This document shows positions 26,903 through 36,081 of a DNA stretch of 59,010 nucleotides, one piece after another. The translations under genes and the position numbers were made by a program. Below the pieces are notes generated by a model. It worked only from the letters and a program-made list of their open reading frames with translations. It was not told the origin of the DNA and made no database searches. The DNA comes from Bacilli bacterium (GTDB lineage: Bacteria > Bacillota_I > Bacilli_A > RF39 > UBA660): assembly GCA_017886705.1 (NCBI GenBank), contig JAGHJJ010000012.1, positions 1 to 59,010 on the forward strand, written 5' to 3'. Within the stretch, counting starts at the first letter, position 1; each line of letters opens with the position of its first letter.

Positions 26903-27934
26903 TTATCTTCGATGTAAATATTTCACCTTACTATTAGTAGACTCTTTATCAACATAAAAAATCTCACTACCTTCTCCATCAGAACATAATAGTCCTGATA
27001 CATTATCTAAAGATGAAAAAGCACTATTATCACTACAAGTTACATTATCCAAAGTAACAATAGAAAAATCAGGAACTTGAAATAAAGTATCTGTACCAAT
27101 ATCTAAATTACAATAAGAATCATCTTCACTAATATTGATTTCTAACTCAGGATTATCCCCTGTAATTTCCACAGTACCTAATGTAAAGTCTTGCTCATCA
27201 ACAATAGAGGAAAACTCTAAATTAACTTCATTCACTCTATCATTTAGTAAAACAGAAATATCTAAAGGAGAAGCATCACTACTATAATAATAATTTAAAT
27301 TAACTTTCTTAGTATATAACGATGGTATAAAACTAGATAAACTATTGTTACCATCATAAAAGTTAGTAGAAAAAGATGCAAACCTTTTCTCCTCATCACT
27401 CAAATAAGAAACAATATCGCTACCATCATCAGATACAAAAATATCAGAATAATATAAATTTTGATAATCCAAAAACTCTCCTAAACTATCATTAAAAGAA
27501 ACATCAGAAAAAGAAATATTAGAATATCCGTCATTTAAAACTCCTAAATAATCAAAATTATCTTTCATACTAGAAAACTCTATTTCTGAAATACTACTTA
27601 AATCTAATTTAGAAAAATCAATTTCTTCTCCAAGACCTACTAATCGTAAAGATTCAATTTTTACATATTGATTGTTAAGTAATCGATTAAGGACATCATA
27701 ACTACCATCTGACAAAGCATGCTTAATATCGCTATCCTCCTTAAAAATATGTAAACTATCATTTTCAACGAAAAAAGAAAGACCATCTTCATCAGATAAT
27801 TCGTCAATTAACTTAGTAGGATTATTCTTAACAGCATCATGGATAGAACAAGCAGACTCAATGAAAAGCATTAAACTACTAGCAAGACAAAAACCTGCCA
27901 TAAAATTTAAGATATGTTTCTGATTCATAACCAT
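26903..27934 (-). CDS. Hypothetical secreted or membrane-anchored D/S/N-rich protein (343 aa)
   Basis: N-terminal hydrophobic signal or anchor (ILNFMAGFCLASSLMLFI), then a low-complexity acidic Ser/Asp/Asn-rich sequence with loose repeats. Confidence 0.6.
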   Translation of the reverse strand: MVMNQKHILNFMAGFCLASSLMLFIESACSIHDAVKNNPTKLIDELSDEDGLSFFVENDSLHIFKEDSDIKHALSDGSYDVLNRLLNNQYVKIESLRLVGLGEEIDFSKLDLSSISEIEFSSMKDNFDYLGVLNDGYSNISFSDVSFNDSLGEFLDYQNLYYSDIFVSDDGSDIVSYLSDEEKRFASFSTNFYDGNNSLSSFIPSLYTKKVNLNYYYSSDASPLDISVLLNDRVNEVNLEFSSIVDEQDFTLGTVEITGDNPELEINISEDDSYCNLDIGTDTLFQVPDFSIVTLDNVTCSDNSAFSSLDNVSGLLCSDGEGSEIFYVDKESTNSKVKYLHRR

Positions 27935-27950
27935 TCCCCCTATTATTTAT

Positions 27951-29141
27951 TTATTGTACACAAATAGAATAAGTATCTCTAGCTATCATTAATTCTTCAT
28001 CTGTTGCTAAAACATATACTGGAATAGAAGATTTATCAGTAGAAATAACACCTTCTACACCTTTACGAACAATAGTTTCCTTATTTTTTTCTTCATCCAA
28101 CATAACACCTAATGGAGCAAGTTTTTTCAAAACTTCTGCACGAATAATATCATCATTTTCTCCACCACCAGCAGTAAAGCAAATCGCATCTACTACTCCA
28201 CCAAGTTTAACATAATATTTAGCAATATAATCAACGATTTTATTAGTATACATATCAATTGCTAAAACAACTTTTTGCTCATTAGCAAGATAAGCACGAT
28301 CAATATCTCTTAAATCGCTCATACCAGCAATACCTTGTAAACCACTATCAAAATTAAGTTTTTTCTCAACCCAGTCCAAACTACGCTCTTCTTTTTTCAT
28401 AACATAATTAATTAAAGAATAATCAATATCTCCAGAACGTGTTCCCATCATGATACCAGCATTTGGAGTAAATCCCATAGAAGTATCGATAGATTTTCCC
28501 TCTTTAACAGCAGTAACACTACCACCACTACCAATATGGCAAATAATTAAATTAGGAACATGTCCTAACATATCAGTCATTTTCTCAGTAATAAACTTAT
28601 GACTTAGTCCATGAAAACCATATTTTCTAACATCATACTTTACATACCATTCATAGGGTACTGGATATAAATAAGTAGCTTCATCCATAGTTTGATGAAA
28701 AGCAGTATCAAAACATGCTACATTACAAGCATTAGGAATTGCCTCTAAAAAAGCACGCATTCCCTTTACCGCAGCAGGATTATGAAGTGGCGCAAGTGGA
28801 GAAATAGACTCAATCTCCAAAAGTACTCGATCATTAATCTTAGTAGATTTAGAATATTTATTTCCACCGTGAACAACACGATGACCTACAGCTTCAATTT
28901 CATCCAAAGATGAAATTGCTTTATGTTCCAATAAATGGTCCAATAGCAACTTAACAGCATCTTTATGATCCTTAAGTTCTACTAAAGATGAAAACTTTTC
29001 TCCATCTACTTTTAAATTATAACATGAACCCTCTAGTCCTATTCTTTCATATTGACCTTTCATAAGTAATTTCTCTTCAGGCATTTCATATAAACGAAAT
29101 TTTAAAGTACTACTACCTGCATTAACTGATAATAATTTCAT
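27951..29141 (-). CDS. Acetate/propionate-family kinase (paralog 2)
   Basis: MKLLSVNAGSSTLKF, GHRVV, HGLSH, GTRSGDIDY and ATDEELMIA. The start is set at the ATG at 29141, 6 nt after GAGGG. Confidence 0.9.
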   Translation of the reverse strand: MKLLSVNAGSSTLKFRLYEMPEEKLLMKGQYERIGLEGSCYNLKVDGEKFSSLVELKDHKDAVKLLLDHLLEHKAISSLDEIEAVGHRVVHGGNKYSKSTKINDRVLLEIESISPLAPLHNPAAVKGMRAFLEAIPNACNVACFDTAFHQTMDEATYLYPVPYEWYVKYDVRKYGFHGLSHKFITEKMTDMLGHVPNLIICHIGSGGSVTAVKEGKSIDTSMGFTPNAGIMMGTRSGDIDYSLINYVMKKEERSLDWVEKKLNFDSGLQGIAGMSDLRDIDRAYLANEQKVVLAIDMYTNKIVDYIAKYYVKLGGVVDAICFTAGGGENDDIIRAEVLKKLAPLGVMLDEEKNKETIVRKGVEGVISTDKSSIPVYVLATDEELMIARDTYSICVQ

Positions 29142-29179
29142 ATTCATCCCTCTCTTTTCCTTACTATAACAAACCAAAA

Positions 29180-29221
29180 GAAAAAAAGCAATAAAAAAGA
29201 TAGGCCTAAATTCACCTATCT
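29180..29221 (-). terminator. Intrinsic terminator after the SASP gene
   Basis: Minus strand: AGATAGG-10 nt-CCTATCT followed by TTTTTATTGCTTTTTTT. Confidence 0.7.
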
Positions 29222-29237
29222 TGTAAGCTAACTATAC

Positions 29238-29450
29238 TTATTTGTTGTTGTAGCTTCCACTAACTTGGTTCATTCCGTTTTGAACTAAACGTCTAGTAAT
29301 TTCACCACCAACTGTACCATTAGCACGGCTAGTAGCATCTGGTCCTAAATTAACACCAAATTCATTAGCTATTTCATATTTCATTTTATCGATAGCGTGT
29401 TTAGCACCAGGAACTCTCATTTTCATAGTAGAATTCTTTGAGTTATTCAT
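29238..29450 (-). CDS. Small acid-soluble spore protein, alpha/beta type
   Basis: [12 protein letters not shown]...[21 protein letters not shown] is the conserved alpha/beta SASP core. The ATG at 29450 is 8 nt after GGAGG; the track start is a GTG inside the Shine-Dalgarno. Confidence 0.93.
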   Translation of the reverse strand: MNNSKNSTMKMRVPGAKHAIDKMKYEIANEFGVNLGPDATSRANGTVGGEITRRLVQNGMNQVSGSYNNK

Positions 29451-29472
29451 TTCATTCACCTCCTACATTCAT

Positions 29473-29501
29473 AGGTTGTGAATTTTTTCTAAAATCATAC
29501 C
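29473..29501 (-). promoter_or_regulatory. Putative forespore sigma-G type promoter for the SASP gene
   Basis: Minus strand: GTATG (29501-29497), a 17-nt spacer, then CAACCTA (29479-29473). The recalled sigma-G consensus is GnATR-17/18-CATnnTA. Confidence 0.4.
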
Positions 29502-29518
29502 TAAAATTAATTGGTAAA

Positions 29519-30703
29519 TTATAACAAATCAGAAAATTCATTATCTTCTTCTTTAACAACAATAGTATTGACATCATCAACAGCATTTTGAATCAAAGAT
29601 TCATATTCAAATTTACTTTCTTCTTTTAAAACTTGCTCTAAAGTAGGATTAATCACAGGATGTTTTGGAACAAACACTGTACAACAATCTTCAAATGGTA
29701 AAATACTAATATTATAAGTATCTATTTTTTTTGCAATATCAATAATTTCTAATTTATCAAAACAAGCAACAGGACGAATAACTGGCATAGAGGTAACTTC
29801 GTTAATAACACTCATGCTAGTCAATGTCTGAGAAGCAACTTGTCCAATAGATTCTCCATTAATAATAACAAGTCCATGATACTTATTTGCTAATTTTTCC
29901 ATAATACGATACATCATACGACGCATAATAGTAATACAATAGTTAGGATGACAGTTTTTATAAATTTCTTCTTGAATTTTTGTAAAATTAACAATATGCA
30001 AATGAATCTCATCACTATATTTGGCTAATTTTTTAGAAAGTTCTACAACTTTATTTCTAGCATCTAAACTAGTATGAGGAATAGCCTCAAAATAAACACA
30101 GTCAATAGGAATTCCACGCTTCATTGCTAAATAGCCAGCAACAGGAGAATCAATACCACCAGATAACATCAACATTCCTTTAGGTTGACTACCAATAGGA
30201 TAACCACCACAACCGTGATATTCATTAAAATAAATATAACTATGCCCTTCTCTAACTTCTACTTTAATAAATAATTCAGGGTGATGTACATCAACAGAAA
30301 CTCCATCTTTATTTTTTAAAACAACACCACCAAGAATACGATTCATCTCTTGACTATGAACAGGAAAACTCTTATCACTTCTTTTTGTTTCCACTTTAAA
30401 AGTAGAAAAAGAAATATCCTGAACTAGTTGACAAAGCATCTCTTTAATAGCATCAATATTAGTATCGACAATATACGCAACATGATACATATGAATACCA
30501 AAAACACAATCTAGTTTTTCTTTAATAAAATCAAAATCAGAATCTAAAAATTCAATATACATACGACTACGATCTTTATAAATGGTAACATCATATTTTT
30601 TTAATTTATTTTTAATATTCTGATAAAGTGTACGAATAAAAAAATTACGATTTCCCTTTTTTGTAGTAAGTTCTCCATATTTAATTAAAATAACTCTCTT
30701 CAT
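29519..30703 (-). CDS. thiI: tRNA 4-thiouridine synthase ThiI
   Basis: N-terminal ferredoxin-like/THUMP region (KYGELTTKKGNRNFF) and the PP-loop SGGIDSPVA. Confidence 0.93.
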   Translation of the reverse strand: MKRVILIKYGELTTKKGNRNFFIRTLYQNIKNKLKKYDVTIYKDRSRMYIEFLDSDFDFIKEKLDCVFGIHMYHVAYIVDTNIDAIKEMLCQLVQDISFSTFKVETKRSDKSFPVHSQEMNRILGGVVLKNKDGVSVDVHHPELFIKVEVREGHSYIYFNEYHGCGGYPIGSQPKGMLMLSGGIDSPVAGYLAMKRGIPIDCVYFEAIPHTSLDARNKVVELSKKLAKYSDEIHLHIVNFTKIQEEIYKNCHPNYCITIMRRMMYRIMEKLANKYHGLVIINGESIGQVASQTLTSMSVINEVTSMPVIRPVACFDKLEIIDIAKKIDTYNISILPFEDCCTVFVPKHPVINPTLEQVLKEESKFEYESLIQNAVDDVNTIVVKEEDNEFSDLL

Positions 30704-30734
30704 CTAATCACCTCAACGTCTCTACATATTTTAC

Positions 30735-30766
30735 CAAAACAAAAGCATTAAGTAAACTTAATTCGC
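30735..30766 (-). repeat. 32-nt repeat copy B (30/32 identical to 38332-38363), containing a hairpin plus T-run
   Basis: Plus strand reads caaaacaaaagcattaagtaaacttaattcgc here and cagaacaaaagaattaagtaaacttaattcgc at 38332-38363. Minus strand reads GCGAATTAAG-TTTA-CTTAATGC followed by TTTTGTTTTG. Confidence 0.7.
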
Positions 30767-30870
30767 TAACCAAAACTTACTTTTTAAACATTAATTATGT
30801 CATATAAATTACCATATACCGCATCTATCAATAAAAATTAGAAAAGAAAAAAGAAGAAAATACTTTCTCC

Positions 30871-31494
30871 TTAATCACTTACCTTTTTTACGTAACGATA
30901 CATAGTTTTTTCCTGAACAGATGCCTCACCTGAAACCTCACTAATATCCAAATAATCAGTACCATTCTTCTTATTATACTCATATAAAAATATATCTTTT
31001 TCTAACCATCTATCAAAAACATCTTTTCCGTCAATTTGATAATTATAAAAAACTGTCTCTTGATTATCATTTTTATGCTTTTTAGAAGACCATTCTGTTT
31101 TTTGATAAACAGCGTACTTTTTATCTGCAACATCCTGATTATACACCAAATAATTACCACATTCTAACGTAACAAATTTCTTATTTTCCTGTATTTCAAC
31201 TTTAGACAAATAATTATCACAAAATTTATCTCCCTGAAAAGGATTTTTTACATTAGAATACAATTTAGAATCAACAAGTTCCTGTAAATAATAAACATTT
31301 TTACTTTCATCTGCAAAAGATAAATTAGAAACACTTAAACCAAACATTTTAGCATTATATCTAATAACCTTATACTTTTCTTTATAATCTGTTTTAAATA
31401 CATAAGCAAGAGCAACTACAACTATAATAAGTAACATTACACAGACAGTAAGCATCTCATAAGCACCAAAACCATTATTTCTTTTATTTATCAT
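30871..31494 (-). CDS. Pilin-like hypothetical protein with a degenerate prepilin N-terminus (207 aa)
   Basis: MINKRNNG|FGAYEMLTVCVMLLIIVVVALAY has Gly-Phe, Glu at +5 and a hydrophobic helix. The ATG at 31494 overlaps the last codons of ezrA (stop at 31484). Confidence 0.5.
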   Translation of the reverse strand: MINKRNNGFGAYEMLTVCVMLLIIVVVALAYVFKTDYKEKYKVIRYNAKMFGLSVSNLSFADESKNVYYLQELVDSKLYSNVKNPFQGDKFCDNYLSKVEIQENKKFVTLECGNYLVYNQDVADKKYAVYQKTEWSSKKHKNDNQETVFYNYQIDGKDVFDRWLEKDIFLYEYNKKNGTDYLDISEVSGEASVQEKTMYRYVKKVSD

Positions 31495-33196
31495 AAATCG
31501 CCAACAACTTTCTATAAATATTCTCATCCACTACAGAAACTGCTTTAATCGATGTATCCAACGCTTTCTTGTACTCCCCTTTAAAAAACAACATTTCTGC
31601 ATCGCCTAGTCCTGAATCAACCTCATCATAACTAGCACGATAGCGATTACCAAATACAATTGCCATCTCAGCAAGTTGAGCCGTCTTAATCATCTCGTTA
31701 GTAGTATTATATAGTTTTAAAACTAAATCTCTAGCAGTATCCACTCTTGTATTAAGTGTTTTAATAACGATAGGTTTTCTTTCTAGTTCTTTAATAACTT
31801 CACCAATAGCCTCATTTGCTTCAGATAATTGAACAAAATAATTATTAGTAATAATAGGTAATTTATAACCACGCATTTTTTCTTTACATTGTTTCAAGAA
31901 AACTTGTATTTCTTCTAATTGTTCTCTAGCACGAACTTCATCATCATACATATTACCAAGTGATTTTAGTGCCTGATCCAAATCCTCTTCCATTTGTTTC
32001 AATCGTACTGTCAAATCTTCAATTTCTTTATGCAACATAGAATAAGGTGTAGACTTAGCTTCTACTTTAGCAAGTAACTTTTTATAATCATCATTAATTA
32101 CTACTAAAATTTTATTAACCTCATGAATTGTCTCAACATCTTTATCGTTTAAATCATACATACTTTTAATATCATCAAGTTGGTTATATACTTCTTGCAC
32201 TACCTTATTCGTTTTAGCAAGTTTTTTAGAAAAATCAGATTCCATTTCTTCATATACTTTTCTAGATAATCTCTCTTTTTCAAAATCTACAAATAAGGAA
32301 TCAAAATATTCAAGCATAGTTTTTAACTCAAACATACAGTCTTCCAAATTAAGAACTCTAATCTTATCTAAAATATGATCAATGTTTTTCTTTGATTCTT
32401 CTAAATTATAATCAATATTTAAATAATCCAAAGGATATTCCTGCTTTACCATATCATCATTTAATTCTTTTATTTCTTGCATTCTAGCAGGAATAATTTG
32501 CTTAGCCATTAGTAACAAATCCGGAACCTCTTTGATAACAATACTAATGTGATCAATCATAGTATCTAAGGCTTTTACAATATGCACAACTTCATTATAT
32601 TCATTTTTTTCCATGACTTTTTCAAAATCTAAAAATCTACGTTCTATATTTTCAAGTTGTAACTCTATAGCCTCTTGCATCTCATCATACATCTGTTTAT
32701 GATTTTGAAAATCTTTATTAAGTTCACGATACTTAGTTTTTAATTTAATAACAATAGCACGATATTTTTCTTCACTTAACGTAATCTCTTTAATCTCATC
32801 TAACAAATAATCCGCAGATTCATGAGCTTTATAAATCTCTAACTCCGCTTTTGCAAGACGATATAGGCATGTTTTATAGTCTCTCTTATCTATATAAATA
32901 TCTAAATCGATAAGCATATCATCAATCTGAGCTAACTTTTTTTCGCGTAAATCATCAAATTTTTCTTGCCAGTCATTATACTTCTCTTCCATTTTATCAT
33001 TTTTAATGATTGGCTCTACCTTAGACAATTCCAAAGAAACAGGAGTACTAGCAACCATATTTTTAGCAACTTCCAACTCTTTTACTTGCTTACGATAGCG
33101 ATTCGTAATACCACGACGAATAAAGTGAAGTGCAACAATTACAATAATAATACAAATAACTAAATAAGAACCTAAAACTAAATACTGTCCCTGCAT
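31484..33196 (-). CDS. ezrA: Septation ring formation regulator EzrA
   Basis: N-terminal transmembrane helix plus about 540 aa of spectrin-like coiled coils. Size and sequence pattern are typical of EzrA. Confidence 0.88.
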   Translation of the reverse strand: MQGQYLVLGSYLVICIIIVIVALHFIRRGITNRYRKQVKELEVAKNMVASTPVSLELSKVEPIIKNDKMEEKYNDWQEKFDDLREKKLAQIDDMLIDLDIYIDKRDYKTCLYRLAKAELEIYKAHESADYLLDEIKEITLSEEKYRAIVIKLKTKYRELNKDFQNHKQMYDEMQEAIELQLENIERRFLDFEKVMEKNEYNEVVHIVKALDTMIDHISIVIKEVPDLLLMAKQIIPARMQEIKELNDDMVKQEYPLDYLNIDYNLEESKKNIDHILDKIRVLNLEDCMFELKTMLEYFDSLFVDFEKERLSRKVYEEMESDFSKKLAKTNKVVQEVYNQLDDIKSMYDLNDKDVETIHEVNKILVVINDDYKKLLAKVEAKSTPYSMLHKEIEDLTVRLKQMEEDLDQALKSLGNMYDDEVRAREQLEEIQVFLKQCKEKMRGYKLPIITNNYFVQLSEANEAIGEVIKELERKPIVIKTLNTRVDTARDLVLKLYNTTNEMIKTAQLAEMAIVFGNRYRASYDEVDSGLGDAEMLFFKGEYKKALDTSIKAVSVVDENIYRKLLAIYDK

Positions 33197-33295
33197 ACTT
33201 CACCACCTTACGATATCTATTCATATTCTAACACAAAATACACATAAATTTCTACTATTTTATCAAAAATATAAAATTAAACAACAAGAAAAAAA

Positions 33296-33332
33296 TTCCA
33301 AAAGAAAAAGGCCATGACACAAAGTCAAAGCC
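33296..33332 (-). terminator. Possible intrinsic terminator
   Basis: Minus strand: an interrupted stem GGC..GAC-TTTGT-GTC..GCC followed by TTTTTCTTTTGG. Confidence 0.35.
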
Positions 33333-33344
33333 TCTAGCCTTAAG

Positions 33345-34424
33345 TTATTTTGCCATAGAATTTGTCTCTACATAGTTAGTAGTAGAACTATCTTGTAACA
33401 TAGCGGATAGCTCAGCTTTTCTAGCATCCCTAGTATTACCTAACGTAACAAGAGCATCTTGCGTAGTATAATTAAGTCCATTCATCATAGATAAATTAAA
33501 GGCCTCTTTCTTATCTACGTAGCCATTCTTTTGATAATCTCGAAACATATTCATAGTCATAATATCTGCCTGGAAATTTTCTTTTCTAGCTGCATAAACA
33601 GTAGGGTTAATCATTCCATATAAATCTTCAGAAAAAGAACTACTTAACTCATCTAATCCATTCATTGCAACAAGATATTTATCACGTAATTCTGAATCTG
33701 AAAAATGAATATCAAGAATTTGTCCATGCTGATAAGCATTTACTGCTTTATAAGCTAAATCTTCTACCGCTTTAAAAGATTCTACTCTCATGCCAACATA
33801 ACTAACTAACATATTCTTTAATGTCTCCTTTTGCTCAGAAGAAATATTTGGAATAGCATCAATTCTTTCCATATGTCGCTCAGTAACTTCTACTCTATCA
33901 ATTCTTCTTTGACTATCAATATCTAAATGTTGAATAGCCTCCAGACTTTGCTGCATACCAACAATAGAATTCTTCATTATCTCTTGTTGTTCATGAGCAT
34001 CAATAGACTGATCCATATATTGATTAGAATTCTTACTTAAATTAGTAGCTTTCACATCTCTTTCTTTACTAGTAGCAAAACCAGCATTTGCTAACTGTTG
34101 TAAACTTTTCCAAACATCAGGACTTAAATTCTTTTCATTATCACAGTGAGATAGTAAACTCCTAAGACTATCTAAAACTTGTTGTTCTCTAGTCGACAAA
34201 CTAGCAACAGAATTTCTAAGTTCACTCATATCCTTAGCCTGTCTATCCAAGTCAGGACGATAACTACTGATTTTTCCAGAGGAAACAGCATAATCTAAAA
34301 AGTAATTAGCAAGCTTTGTATAAGGAAGTTCGATGGCTGTAGGAAATGCAGATGTACAAATATTGATGAATTCCTCACATTCACTATAATCTCTACCAAG
34401 ACTAGAAGTATCTTGAATCTTCAT
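33345..34424 (-). CDS. Hypothetical, mostly helical protein (359 aa)
   Basis: The ATG at 34424 follows GAGGTG. No transmembrane helix or signal peptide, and I recognise no family. Confidence 0.6.
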   Translation of the reverse strand: MKIQDTSSLGRDYSECEEFINICTSAFPTAIELPYTKLANYFLDYAVSSGKISSYRPDLDRQAKDMSELRNSVASLSTREQQVLDSLRSLLSHCDNEKNLSPDVWKSLQQLANAGFATSKERDVKATNLSKNSNQYMDQSIDAHEQQEIMKNSIVGMQQSLEAIQHLDIDSQRRIDRVEVTERHMERIDAIPNISSEQKETLKNMLVSYVGMRVESFKAVEDLAYKAVNAYQHGQILDIHFSDSELRDKYLVAMNGLDELSSSFSEDLYGMINPTVYAARKENFQADIMTMNMFRDYQKNGYVDKKEAFNLSMMNGLNYTTQDALVTLGNTRDARKAELSAMLQDSSTTNYVETNSMAK

Positions 34425-34515
34425 AATATTCACCTCATTTTGATTATACAATAAACTTTCAATCATAGCAACCAAGAAACATCAACGTAGTGTAAAGAAA
34501 AAGAAACAAAAATCA

Positions 34516-34544
34516 TTGACATATCAATAGTTTTTTATTATAAT
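34516..34544 (+). promoter_or_regulatory. Consensus sigma-A promoter of rpsD (TTGACA-17 nt-TATAAT)
   Basis: Perfect TTGACA at 34516-34521 and perfect TATAAT at 34539-34544 with an exact 17-nt spacer. Confidence 0.75.
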
Positions 34545-34706
34545 TAAAACTGCAATTCACTTGAAACAGCAGATTTAGAGTATTTTAAAGTGTTTTTTGC
34601 AAATTCAAGTAACAAGTGCTGTTTACGCGAAAGAATAGAAAAACTCCCTAAAGTACGACTAAATCACTTTCAATGAATGTAATATTTGAAAGAAAGGAGT
34701 ATAATT
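34545..34706 (+). promoter_or_regulatory. Structured rpsD 5' leader (candidate S4 autoregulatory element)
   Basis: About 155-nt leader with long-range complementarity (CACTTGAAACAGCA ... TGCTGTTT; CACTTG/CAAGTG) and a CTTTCAA-12 nt-TTGAAAG hairpin abutting the AAAGGAG Shine-Dalgarno. Confidence 0.45.
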
Positions 34707-35309
34707 ATGGCAAGATATACTGGACCAAGTTATAAAAAAGCTCGTCATGTTGGATTCTCAATCAGTGAAACTGGAAAAGAATTAGCTCGTCGTCCTTACG
34801 GACCAGGACAACATGGTAATGCACGTAAAGGTAAGTTATCTGACTACGGAACACAATTAAAAGAAAAACAAAAAGTTCGTTTCATGTATGGATTAAATGA
34901 AAGACAATTTAGAAATACATTTGACAAAGCTTCTAAATTAAAAGGTGTTACTGGTACTAACTTCTTAAGAATGTTAGAGTCTCGTCTAGATAACTTAGTT
35001 TACAGAATTGGTTTCGCAACAACTCGTCGTGGAGCTAGACAATTAGTAAACCATGGACATGTAACAGTAAATGGTAAAAAAGTAGATATTCCATCATACC
35101 AAGTAAAAGTTGGAGATGTAATTTCTATTAAAGAAGATCATAAAAACTTAAAAGTTGTTGCTGATAGCTTAGCTAAAGTTACAAGACGTGTAGACTTCAT
35201 TACTTATGATGAAGGAAAAATGGAAGGAACTTATGTTAGACTTCCTGAAAGAAATGAATTAAATGCAGATATTAACGAAGCATTAATCGTTGAATTCTAC
35301 AACAAATAA
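34707..35309 (+). CDS. rpsD: 30S ribosomal protein S4
   Basis: [17 protein letters not shown]... is canonical S4 with an S4 RNA-binding domain. The track start at 34686 is a TTG upstream of the Shine-Dalgarno. Confidence 0.97.
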   Translation: MARYTGPSYKKARHVGFSISETGKELARRPYGPGQHGNARKGKLSDYGTQLKEKQKVRFMYGLNERQFRNTFDKASKLKGVTGTNFLRMLESRLDNLVYRIGFATTRRGARQLVNHGHVTVNGKKVDIPSYQVKVGDVISIKEDHKNLKVVADSLAKVTRRVDFITYDEGKMEGTYVRLPERNELNADINEALIVEFYNK

Positions 35310-35334
35310 TCGGTAGTAAAAACTATCGATTTTT

Positions 35335-36081
35335 TTATGTAAATAAATTAGCATTACTAATACTAATATGATTATCATTAAACAGTTTTAAAACTTCTGA
35401 AGAAGAATAAATATAATCATCAAATCCCTTACTCTTTAAGAAATAATAAACATGAACCACCTCATCAGGAACTAAAACTTTCTCTTGCCATCCCAATTGA
35501 GGATAAATAATAAGTCTTTGAATATCTCCAACTAACAAAGAGACTTCTCGATGAAAAAAACTAGCATCTTTCTGTAATCTAGTAATAAATTGATTAAAAT
35601 CTAAATCAGGAGAAGTAATAAAAAGTTGAAGTGAAGGTAAGATTTTCTTGGCAGTTGCTAAAGTACGACGCTCAGAGGTAGGAAAATGAACAATAAGCAC
35701 ACTTTTAGTATGATAACACTCTAAAATATCTTTAGAAAACCGAAAATTATCTCCAGTATTAGTAGATTTTGTTTCTAACAAAATATCATCACTAGAAACA
35801 CCTTGAGCAACTGCAATATCACGATAAACTTCTGCTTCTGACTTTTGGAAGGCATCTTTCGTAACTTTACCAGCGCCACCTGAAAAAAGAATTTTCTTAC
35901 CATATCCTGCTTTAAATAATTCTGCACATTTAACCGGAATATCCAAGTTGGAGCAACCACATCCCAAAATAATATCACATGGTTGAATGCTTTGATTAAG
36001 CTTCATATAATTCCAAATAACCTCTAAAGCATGAATGACATCACTATCATAACGATAATCCATAATCTCCAAAATTATCAC
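35335..36081 (-). CDS. DUF218/YdcF-family protein
   Basis: ILGCG...ILFSGGAGKVT...SEAEVYRDIAVAQGV...ETKSTNTGDNFRFS pattern of the YdcF/ElyC (DUF218) family. The exact start is uncertain (GTG at 36081, TTG at 36072 or ATG at 36063). Confidence 0.7.
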   Translation of the reverse strand: MIILEIMDYRYDSDVIHALEVIWNYMKLNQSIQPCDIILGCGCSNLDIPVKCAELFKAGYGKKILFSGGAGKVTKDAFQKSEAEVYRDIAVAQGVSSDDILLETKSTNTGDNFRFSKDILECYHTKSVLIVHFPTSERRTLATAKKILPSLQLFITSPDLDFNQFITRLQKDASFFHREVSLLVGDIQRLIIYPQLGWQEKVLVPDEVVHVYYFLKSKGFDDYIYSSSEVLKLFNDNHISISNANLFT

